NCBI GenBank assembly: GCA_958009085.1
Contig: OY253669.1
Location: 124,001 to 188,000 of the forward strand
DNA length: 64,000 bases
From: Protoeuglena noctilucae
Taxonomy: Eukaryota
Reading direction: 5' to 3'
Below are positions 47,799-58,117 of the stretch, piece by piece. A program made the position numbers and the translations under genes. A model generated the notes under the pieces. That model ran no database searches and was not told the DNA's origin. It saw nothing but the letters and a program-made list of their open reading frames with translations. Each line of letters begins with the position of its first letter. The stretch's first letter is position 1.

Positions 47799-49433
47799 AT
47801 GGCCAGCGAAGCTTTCGCGGGGGAGGAGACGCTGGAGCGGAGCCCACAAGGAGAATTCAACTTTGACTTTGACCTGACGGCAGAGTCAACGCTCCCGCCG
47901 ATCACTGGGCGCGGCACACGGGCAACTCATGGCGAGGCCAGGTGTGCCACGGCGCAACGGGCGGCCGGCGCGCTCCCGCCGACCCGTGCAGTGGCGGGAA
48001 GATCCTTTATGACGTCTGCTTTACATCCGCAGTGCCGACGAGAGCAATCCGCTCCAGGAGCTGGTGGGAGGCGGCCGGAACTGGAAGTACGTGCAGGGAT
48101 GTCGGGAGCTGCACCTGGGGCGGCGAGGGTTCCGCAAGCTGGCCAACTTCGAGCCTCTGGTGAACCTCGAGGCGCTCTGGATTAACGGCAACCGCCTCAG
48201 CTACGTCACCGGCCTCGACAACAACACGCGCCTCAAAGAGCTGTATGCCCACGACAACCAGATCGGGACGCTGCAAGGCAGCCTCAAGCTGATGAAGTTC
48301 CTCGAGGTCCTCGATCTGTCCAACAACAAGCTCAGGCGAGCTCCTGCCCTGCTTTTCCAGCTACCTTTCCGAACATCGCGGGGTGCATCGCACCGATCTT
48401 CAGCTCCCGTCGGCCCCCACTGCACGCAGGAACTTGGACAAGATCCTGCACTCGCTGCAGGAGCTCAAGTTCATCCGCAACCTCAACCTGCGCGGGAACC
48501 CGTGCTGCGAGGAGCCGGACTACCGCCTCTTTGTCATCCACCGCATGCCATGGGTGCGCGTGCTGGACCAGCATGTGGTGACCATCCCCGAGCGCATCCG
48601 CGCCGCCAAGCTCCTGGACCCCGCGAGCCAGGCGCGCGGGTCCGTGGCCTTCGGCTCGCGCGCCCCGGAGTTCTACGGCCCCTGGAACGACCCTGTGACC
48701 GAGGTGTCCGTGCTGGGGCAGCGCCTGCACCGGCAGGCCGAGCGCCTGCGCTCGCGCCACGTCGACCGCGGCCGACACGAGGACGAGACCCTCTTCACGT
48801 CCCTGGGCGTCGAGCGGCCGGACCTCGTCCCCGCCACGGTCCACATGGTCAAGAAGTACCCACCGCCACCGCCAGGGTGGGACCCCGACATCAGTGAATC
48901 GTACGAGCAGCGGTGAGGGCGTGGTGGCGCAGGGGCTGCTCGACGGCTCGCAGCCAGCGCTCGTCGCCGCGTGCCATCACGCTAGGAGCCCTGCCCATCG
49001 CCACAGGTTTCGGAGCCCCGCAGACGCACCCCCGCTCGTGCGGCCGGACAGCCCCGGGCCGCCCGAGGCGGGCGAGGCGCCGCCGTCGCGGAGCTCGCAG
49101 CGTGGCGCCGGGCCGGGTCCCGCGGAGAAGCTCACGCATCGGGAGATCCTGGCCATGATGCAGGGGCAGCAGTCGCAGCAACGACTGAGAGGGGTGGCAT
49201 CTGCAGGGGGGTCGCCCACGGCCGAGCGCGACGGGTACCGTCCGCGGGACATCTACCGCTTCACGACGTCGGAGCGGCACCCCGTGGAGGGCCTGTCCAC
49301 GGGCCAGGAGTCCAAGAGCGTGCGGTTCACCTCGACAGGGCTGCGTTTCGACCGCGAGGGCTTCCGGAAGTACGCCAAGCGCAAGCAGTACTCGCAGCCG
49401 GGGACGCTCAAGCGCCGCGAGGTGCGCGTCTAG
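47799..49433 (+). CDS. SDS22-type leucine-rich repeat protein with LRRcap, LRRC72-like
   Basis: LEALWINGNRL, LKELYAHDNQI, LEVLDLSNNKL, LNLRGNPCCEEPDYRLFVIHRMPWVRVLD. Confidence 0.85.
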
Positions 49434-49450
49434 CGGGGGCGGCGGGGTCG

Positions 49451-50068
49451 TCAGAAGTCGACGGGCGCGCTGCCGACGGGCCTTGCGCCTTCGCTGGGCG
49501 CGTGCAGCTGCTGCAGCGTCCGCGCGTACGTCCCGGTCAGTCCCAGCGCCGCCGCGGCGACCTTGAACCGCGACCGGATGGAGGGCAGGAGCTCCGACAG
49601 GCTGGCGTCGGTGGGGTCGGTCAGCGGGAAGCGCCGGAGCAGGTCCTCGAGCCCGTCGATCGCCTGGCACGCGCGCTCGCTGTGCAGAGCGCGAGAATGC
49701 GATGCTTGTGGCGAGCGAGGTCCCGGGAGGGGCATCCGCTGCGCGCCCGCGACGGTTTGGTGGAGAAAGTCACCTGAAGGCGCCAGCGTCCACGGATTGG
49801 AGACGTCTCCAGCTCGCGAGGCACCCAGCGTAAAACCCGACCTCCTGTCCTAACTCAAAGCCGCGATATATGCCGCTCTCCCGACCTGCAGTTGCCTAAG
49901 CGAGAGGGTCCGCGCCATCCCTCGCCGCTCTCCCGCCCCCCCGCTCGCCGCGTCCCCGCCGTCACCCTGCCGCAGACCCTCCAGCCTGCCCTGCGCCACG
50001 CCCTCCGAGTGGCCCGCGCGCACGGCCTCCTCGTCGGCGCGGACGACCGCCTCGAAGGGGTCGCCCAT
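49451..50068 (-). CDS. LTO1: LTO1/ORAOV1 (Yae1_N domain), 3 exons
   Basis: GHSEGVAQGRLEGLRQ/GRESGIYRGFELGQEVGFYAGC (GX3 repeat), IRSRFK, C-terminal VDF*. Confidence 0.85.
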
Positions 50069-50742
50069 GCAAGGCCGCGCCTGCCCCGCCGAGGGGCCCT
50101 AGCAAGTGCGCGGTCCCCGGGCCATGCGCACGCGGGAGTCAAGGTCGGCGCTGGCCCCTTCTGCCGGACAAAGCCGTCCCTCGCACATCCGGACCCCGTC
50201 TGCCAAATGTAGTTGCAGCACAAAGCGCTACCGTCGTCGCGCGCCCGCCGACAGCGAGTGCTCCCACTCCGTCGACATGAGAATCAAAGCGGGGACCCGA
50301 TCATGCCCCGTTCCGCTCCACCTGCGGGATTCCCTAGCATCGGCGGGACGCAGCGCGTAAACGCGCCCGGTTTCGGACACCGCACCGTGCGACTAGGATG
50401 ATCGACGGGCAACCTCGTCCGCAGTTCGCGCACAGGGGAGGGCAGCTTTGTGCTGCCACCGTGCCCTCTGGAGCCCAAGCGTCCCGGCCCTCCCCGCGCC
50501 CACCGAAACGTGCGCGCGTCCATTCCACACGCGTGGTGCCCGCATAAGCCAGGTGAGCCGCCGTCCTTGCCGCTGGCGGCCCTCGCGGGGCGCCGGAGGG
50601 GCGGGCCGCGCCTTGCCGGGGGGCCAGGTCAGTCAGGCTCCTGGCGCCAACCCCGCGCCTCTGCACGCCCAAGACCCCACTTTCCGCGGCGCCCTCCCTC
50701 GTACGACGCTAGCGGACCGCCTCAGCGCATGATCCGGAGCCC
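49874..50742. repeat. Direct repeat copy 1 (~870 bp: LTO1 5' part plus upstream region)
   Basis: Matches 52264-53132 at offset 2390; the ORF track is duplicated as well. Confidence 0.97.
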
Positions 50743-52263
50743 ACAGTCGCGATGTGTGCCGCATGCAGCTTGCCACAGGATGCAAGGAGGTCAGGCGCGC
50801 AGGTAGGGCACCTGAAAACCCTACACGACGCAAGGCCCAGAGGGAGACACAGAGGAGATGGGTGGAGACACAGAGGTCAGAGATAGCCGCCGAGCTAGCA
50901 AAGTGGGAGAGCAGGGCAAGCCCACCCCAGCCCACCAACCCCAGCTCCCCTGGCACACAGCGTGGGGTGGCTGCGGTGGAGGTTTTGGTGGAGAGGAAGA
51001 GAAGAGGTCCTGGGTGACAGAGATGGCTTCAAAGAAAGCACCATGGGCAGGGAGATGGACGTGGAGGTGTTGGGGCCACGAGGTAGCAGCAGCAACGGCG
51101 AGGCGGTGGTGGCAAGCAAGCGCAGACGAGATCCTATGGCTGGTGTAGGAGACGATGCGGCCAGTACCCAAGCCGAAGCGTCAGGAGGGTCGAGGAGCAG
51201 CACAGGGGTGCACCTGGGAGCGGGTGACCCGTTCGCCAGTGACGGCGCGGGACGATGATGGCCTGCAGAATCTCATACCAAAAGAGACGCCAAGCGGGGG
51301 ACCTGAGGAAGTCGGAGCTAGCACGAGTAGCGCCGAAGCGGAGGAGGAGCGCGGTGGGGGTGCCACGGTCAGGGCAGAGGCCGGGTGGCCCCACGGGAGG
51401 CCGGCGCCGTGAGGCTGGGCAAGGCATCTGTTGAGGTGCTGCCAGGAAAGAGGGGGCAGGGAGTCGAAGACGGAGTGCCACACGACCTGGGCCGTGCTGC
51501 AGGACACCGCAAGGTCCTGGAGGAGGTGGGGGCGTGTAGTGCAAACAATTGGTGACCGTTAGCCAGGCCGTGGAGGTCAGGTTAGCATGAAGGATGCCAG
51601 GGTAGCTGCCGCAGAGGGTGCCAATTGGGGTGTGCTGTCATCTCGCAGACGCTAGGCAAGGCTGGTCTGTTGAGTGCTGGCGACATTGAACGCCCTGCGA
51701 GGGGCCAGACACGCAGTGGGTGAAGTCGTTAGGGAAGACAGACGGAACCGTGGGCCCACGCTTGTCAACCCAAGCGTTGGCGGGGAAGCCAGGGCGGCCA
51801 GGGCCGTTGAGGCGGAGGTGGGTGTTGAGGGAAGCACAGAAAGTTGAGACGGATCTCTTTGGTCACATAGGTGTGGTTGAAGGTGTGGGAGACCGTGGTG
51901 GCGTCCACCACCTCAGAGAAAATGCGGTTTTACAGGGGGCTGGAGTGGGCACAGGGGCGATGAGCGATGCGACCAGTGCGAAGGCCCGATGACGGGGGCT
52001 GAGCGTCGGGACGACAGCGGCCCAGATTCCTGAGGCCGGGGCGTTGAGGAGCTGCACCCGATGCGACGGGCCAGTGCAGCAACTGTGCACGTGGTTGGCG
52101 GGGCAGGATAGGGTAGGGGGGGTCGTGGTTGGAGTTGAAAACGAGTGCGGGCCTGCAGCAGCGGGCCTGGGGTCAGGTGGGCCCACATATCACGGGAGCT
52201 TGATAGCGGGGAACATGCAGGTGGCGGTATAGAGGTCACGGATCAGTGGGTGGGTGCGGGCGG
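50743..52263 (-). mobile_element. Degenerate ~1.5-kb insertion between the repeat copies; possible non-LTR retroelement remnant
   Basis: No spliced gene model. Looks CpG-poorer than the flanking genes, C/T-rich on the minus strand, with broken Pro-rich frames. No RT or transposase motif seen. Confidence 0.35.
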
Positions 52264-52458
52264 CGCTCTCTCGACCTGCGGTTGCCTAAGTGAGAGGGTC
52301 CGCGCCATCCCTCGCCGCTCTCCCGCCCCCCCGCTCGCCGCGTCCCCGCCGTCACCCTGCCGCAGACCCTCCAGCCTGCCCTGCGCCACGCCCTCCGAGT
52401 GGCCCGCGCGCACGGCCTCCTCGTCGGCGCGGACGACCGCCTCGAAGGGGTCGCCCAT
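52264..52458 (-). pseudogene. Truncated LTO1 copy (exon 1, intron 1 and the first codons of exon 2)
   Basis: MGDPFEAVVRADEE..GLRQ is identical to the intact copy; homology ends after GRES at the insert boundary. Confidence 0.85.
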
Positions 52459-53132
52459 GCAAGGCCGCGCCTGCCCCGCCGAGGGGCCCTAGCAAGTGCG
52501 CGGTCCCCGGGCCATGCGCACGCGGGAGTCAAGGTCGGCGCTGGCCCCTTCTGCCGGACAAAGCCGTCCCTCGCACATCCGGACCCCGTCTGCCAAATGT
52601 AGTTGCAGCACAAAGCGCTACCGTCGTCGCGCGCCCGCCGACAGCGAGTGCTCCCACTCCGTCGACATGAGAATCAAAGCGGGGACCCGATCATGCCCCG
52701 TTCCGCTCCACCTGCGGGATTCCCTAGCATCGGCGGGACGCAGCGCGTAAACGCGCCCGGTTTCGGACACCGCACCGTGCGACTAGGATGATCGACGGGC
52801 AACCTCGTCCGCAGTTCGCGCACAGGGGAGGGCAGCTTTGTGCTGCCACCGTGCCCTCTGGAGCCCAAGCGTCCCGGCCCTCCCCGCGCCCACCGAAACG
52901 TGCGCGCGTCCATTCCACACGCGTGGTGCCCGCATAAGCCAGGTGAGCCGCCGTCCTTGCCGCTGGCGGCCCTCGCGGGGCGCCGGAGGGGCGGGCCGCG
53001 CCTTGCCGGGGGGCCAGGTCAGTCAGGCTCCTGGCGCCAACCCCGCGCCTCTGCACGCCCAAGACCCCACTTTCCGCGGCGCCCTCCCTCGTACGACGCT
53101 AGCGGACCGCCTCAGCGCATGATCCAGAGCCC
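52264..53132. repeat. Direct repeat copy 2 (upstream of ProDH)
   Basis: Near-identical to 49874-50742; mismatches noticed only near the ends. Confidence 0.97.
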
Positions 53133-53196
53133 GTAGCCGCCCGTTGCGCCCCGCTCGACCCCGACTCAAACGCGAAGCCCCGGCGCGCGCCGCAGA

Positions 53197-55410
53197 ATGG
53201 CGCCGAGGGGAATCAAGCGCATTCTCAAATCTTTCGCCGCTGCCGGCCCCGGGCTCGCCCGGGAGCCCTCCTCGACGACGGCCGCGCGGAGCTTCTCAGG
53301 TGAGCCGTGGGCAGCTGGGGGACCCCGCAGCTGGCGCGCCGGAGCCCGCGCCGCGCATCGTGACCGAGTCGTCGCCATTTCCGACGACCCGTGCGCCCAT
53401 TCGAGGACCGGGCTCGCCCCGCCCGCGGCTCCCGGGCGCGGACGAGCCCGCGCGTCAAACGGGCCTCGACGCGCCCCCCCTCCCGCGCCCCGGGCCGCGG
53501 GGAGTCGGATCGAAGGGTCCGGGAAGATTTCCGACATTTCATGCGACGTGGCCCCGCGTCCGCCCGCGCGCCGGGCCGTGACGGCGGCCGGGACTGCCTT
53601 CCAGCTCAGCCTTGCCACCTCAGCTGCGCCCCCCTCGTGCCCCGCCGCAGCCCTGCCGGTGCCCGAGCTCGTCAACGCCTACTCTCCGGCCCACGTGCAA
53701 GTCCTCGGCGACCCCGTCGAGGCCTCCCGGCGCCCCACGGAGGGCCTCGTCGACGGCCTCCTGCGCCGGGACCCCCCGTCCCCCCCGCACGTCCTCGAGG
53801 CGAAGGTCCACGCCGCGAGGGACCTCCTCGCCTTCGTCTCGCGGTCCTCCGGCGCCTCGCCCGCCCTCGCCCCGGACGCCGTGGACCAGGCGTACCGCGA
53901 GCATTCCACCGCCGAGCTCCTCCGCTCGGCGGCCGTCCTGCGCCTCTGCCAGGTCAAGCCGCTCGTCCGGCACGCCAATGAGCTCATCGGCCTCGGCGAG
54001 CGCATCTTCGGCCCCACGGTCACCCACGGCGTGATCGGCGCCACCTTCTACCGCCAGTTCGCCGCGGGCTACGATGTCCCCGACGTCCGCGCCTCGGCCC
54101 AGGCCATGATCGCCCGGGGCGTGTACCCCGTGCTGGACTACGCCGCGGAGGCGGACGTCGAGGACGCTGGCGAGGCCGGGGACCTGGCGGAGCAGGAGCG
54201 TGTCGAGCGCCAGTGTGACTCCCACCTCTACCGCACCCTCGAGAGCGTGCGCACGGCCGCCGCCGCCATGAGCCGGGCGTCCTGGCCCATGATTGCCATC
54301 AAGATCACCTCGCTCGCCAACCCCGTGCTCCTCGGTGCGCCGCTGTGATGGCTGCAAAGGTTGCACGTGCTCAGCCACAGTGCACCCGACGGCAATGAAG
54401 CATCACAGCCCTCGCCCTCGCCCCCGCAGAGCGTTTCTCCAAAGTCCTCGAGTCGTCCTTCTCGGGCGTGCACACCAACTCCGCCATGCCCCACACGCGG
54501 GGGTACCTCGATGCCGACGACGTGACGCGCCTCAACCGCGCCGTGGCGCGGCTCGACGAAGTCATGGTCCTCGCCGGCCAGGTGTGTCTCGACTGCGCAA
54601 GTCAGCAGCGGCGCGCTCGTCGCCCTGAGGATTGCCACGGTCAGCCGAGCCACCATCCCGCTGTCCCCAGCCCTCCTCAACCACCCAGCCCCTCCCCCGC
54701 CCCCGCAGCTGGGCGTCCGCGTCTACATCGACGCCGAGCAGTCCTACTTCCAGCCGGCCATCGACCACCTGGCCCTCGAGATGATGCGTAGGCACAACGC
54801 GGGGGGCGTGCCGGTCTGTGCCACGACGTACCAGTGCTACCGGAGGGACGCCCTGCCCCGCATGCTCGCGGACATGGACACGGCGCGCCGCGAGGGCTTC
54901 GCCTTCGCCGCCAAGACGGTGCGCGGCGCGTACATGCACCTCGAGCGGTCGCTCGCGGCGCAGACCGGGCGCGAGGACCCCATCCACGCGACGATCGAGG
55001 CCACGCACGAGTGCTACAACCTGGCGGTTGCCACGGGCATGAACGAGATGGCCGCGGGCAACAACGTGCACGTGATGGTGGCCACGCACAACCGCGACTC
55101 GGTCGCCCACGCCACGGCCATGATGGACGCCCTCCGCCTGCCCCCCTCGGGCGGGCCCGTCCACTTCGCCCAGCTCCTCGGCATGGCGGACTACCTGACG
55201 TACCCCCTGGCGCGCAGCGGCTACCAGGCCCGTAAGTTCACGCCCTACGGACCGGTCAAGCAGGTCATCCCCTACTTAATCCGGAGGGCCCAGGAGAACT
55301 CTGACGCCCTGGGCGCCGTGCGCCACGACCTCGCAGCCCTGCGCCGGGAGCTCTCGCGCAGAGCCCTAGGCCAGCGCGCGGGTCGTGCTTCGGCCAGCGC
55401 GGCCGCGTAG
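53197..55410 (+). CDS. PRODH: Mitochondrial proline dehydrogenase
   Basis: VLDYAAE, IAIKITSL, YIDAEQSYFQPAID, TYQCY, KTVRGAY, VATHN, AQLLGMAD, PYGPV..YLIRRAQEN. Confidence 0.95.
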
Positions 55411-56157
55411 AGGGGAAGGACGGGACGAGTTCCTGTCTTCCCCCGATGGCTCCAGCTTCGTTTACTGCATAGGAAGGCGCGGGCGCCTCTAGGGGCGGAG
55501 AGGCCGGAGCCGAGACGCGGCCCCGGTTGCGGTGGCCGCCGTCGAGGCCCGCCTCCCGCCCCCGCCCCGCCTGCAAGATTCTGGGGTCTACTTGTCGCTT
55601 GGGATATCGTCATTCGTTGGGCTGTCCGTCATCGACCTCAGGGTTCCCTTGACGCCCTCCCAGGGTGATTCCAGCGTCGTGGATTGGATGTCGAATTGTC
55701 AGGCCGCTTTCCTTGTGGTAGTTCCCGGTCGGGGCCCCGGCCTTCGCGTAGTGCGCGTGCTGTGTGTGCCCAGGTCGTCTCCGTTTCGCACGCACCCCGG
55801 CGCGGGCTGGGAGCCTCCCCGGCCCGCGCCCGGCTGAGGCCGCCCCCTAATGCCGCGGGGCTTCATATAGCATCCGCCCCGCTCATTGGCAACGGCATGT
55901 GCGTTTCCGGGCCTAGGCCCAGGCCTTTCGTTTCGCTTGAACGCGACAGCGCATGCGAGGACTCTTATTCAAGCCGCGCCCAAGTGCCGCGAGGCTGGCA
56001 GTGCTCACATCGCCACTGAGGATGAGCACCGTGTGCCTGCAACTGAGCGCAGTCCGCAAGAACCTGACCTGAGCCTGCACTAGCCTAGAGGAACGAGGAG
56101 GGCAGCAGCAATGCCGCAGCTGTCGGGCCTGCCCCAATTGTTGCCTCATACCGTGCG

Positions 56158-57812
56158 TCACAAGAAGGTCGCGTCCCCCGCCAGCATGTCAGGTAAACTC
56201 AAGACCGGGGCGGCAGGGGCCCAGCCAGTGCCGCTGACCCAAGGGCCCGGCTGAGCGCTCCCTCGTGCAGCCTCCCCGCGCCCGAGGCTGCCCCCCAGGC
56301 CATCCATCCCGTGCCCCTCCATCGCGAAGCCCTCCCGCGAGCCACTCGACGATGCCGAGAAGTCAGATGAGGAGCTGTCGCCCATTGACCGCTCCAGGGG
56401 CCCCCGCCCCACGGTGGACGGGGCAGACCCGACGAACACGCCGCGGCGGCGGATGTGCTCGAGCGCCCTCTCGATCGCGATACGCTTCTCCTCCTCGTAG
56501 CTCTCGGCCACGGGGCCCGGTTGCGTGGGGCAGGACGACGGCACATCGTCGGCAGCGAGGGCCGGGGTGCGCGCCGCCGGCACCGGCATGCCAGGCACCG
56601 CTCCCGCCGCGTCCCCGCTCGCGCCGTCGCTGCGCCGGGGTGGGTGCACCGCGCGGCCGGCACGCATCTCCAGCGCACGGAGCTGGGCGAGGAAGCCCGG
56701 GTTGGGTTGGACGGTGGGCCGTGCCGCCCGTAGCGTGTCGAGCGCCTCCTGGAGCGTCATGCCGCGGCGGAGGATAAGGTAGGCCGCGACCAGCGTGGCG
56801 GAGCGGGAGACTCCGGCGTAGCAGTGGACGAGGACCCCGCCCGAAGCACGGCCACGGTCGATGAAGGCGGCGATGGGCTCGAAGTGCACTGCGCGGGAAA
56901 ACGGAGCACCGGCGATCGCGAGGCGGCGCAGGGTGGCGGATGCGGCCGCGGCCCCTCGCGGCAGCAGCGGAGCACACCTGAGAGGTCCTCCGTCGCACAG
57001 TCGTGGACGTCCAGCGCCATGTACTCGATCTCTTCCTTGTAATAGCAAGGCACAATAGGACTGCGAGGGCGCGAGGGTTGGGGTTGGCGGGAAGGGGCGG
57101 CCAGCGCCTGGCGAGGGAGCACGGCTGCGGCGAGGCACGGTGGGGTCGCGCAAGGGCAGGCGTGCGAGAGGGCCTTGTTCGCTCGGCGAAGGGGCGCGCA
57201 GAGCCAGTATGATCCATGACACTGTCAATTGCAAGAGGACGGCGTCGGGGGGCGCCGTCTCGCCTGGCGTTGACGATGTGGGAGATGCGGGACTTGGTCA
57301 AGCCCTCCTTGTTCTTCGCGGCGGCCAGGCACCCCACGAAGACGCCCGGCACGACCTCCAGCGGCACATTGTCCTGCTTGGAGAATATCTTGAGCTGCGA
57401 GCGCGGGGCCGACAACGTTGCGCGCCTAGGTTGCCAGGTCGCACCCTTCCACCCCCCGAGCCGCGTCGGCCCGCGCGCGGGAACACGGGAGAAAGCGGCG
57501 GCGCACCTTTTTCAAGGCCTCAATCGCCGCCGCCCGCCGCTGCTCGTCCCCCGCGTCGCGGGCGGGTGGCCCTGGCACGGGCTGAGGGGGCTCCCTGCAG
57601 GCGGCGACGTGCGGGGCCGATTGACGGGCGACAGCGAAGAAGGCGCGACTCTGCGCATGCGGGTAGCACGAGCGGCCGGCCCGGGGAACGGCCGGCCCGG
57701 CAAACAGCCGACGCGCTGCAGATATAGGTCAGCGGCCAGCCGCAGCGGCGCGGGCGCCGTTGGGACGTTCCGCGCGGCCGCAGGCACAATCCTGCGCTCA
57801 CCGAACGCCCAT
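56158..57812 (-). CDS. Dual-specificity protein phosphatase (DsPTP1-like)
   Basis: EVVPGVFVGC, SHIVNA/SP, LDVHD, VLVHCYAGVSRSATLVAAYL, QPNPGFLAQL. Start exon MGVR is inferred. Confidence 0.92.
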
Positions 57813-58117
57813 GACCACGGCGCGGTCGTGCAGGGCGACGAAGCCGGGCGAGGACGAGGTGGGAAGCCCTGCAGAGGGACGGTTCCTCCGCCCTATTCGC
57901 GGAGAGCTGTAACTTGACCGGTGCACTACAAGGTCGCGCGTGGCCGTGCCGGGCATTTCGAGCGCGATTTACCGGAGCGACGCCAACCGTCACGTCAGAA
58001 ACAGCGTCAAGGGCGAGCGCCTGTTTGATGACATCAGGCAGCTCTTTCGGGCCGAGATAGGTGCGGGTGACCCGTGTGCGGGCGAGCTGCTCCGACCAGT
58101 TTGCACCACCCGGCCCC

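Noticed and set aside
49874..53132. LTR retrotransposon (two long direct repeats with an internal region)
   Set aside because: The repeats contain host LTO1 exon/intron and upstream sequence and lack TG...CA ends; no gag/pol motifs were seen.
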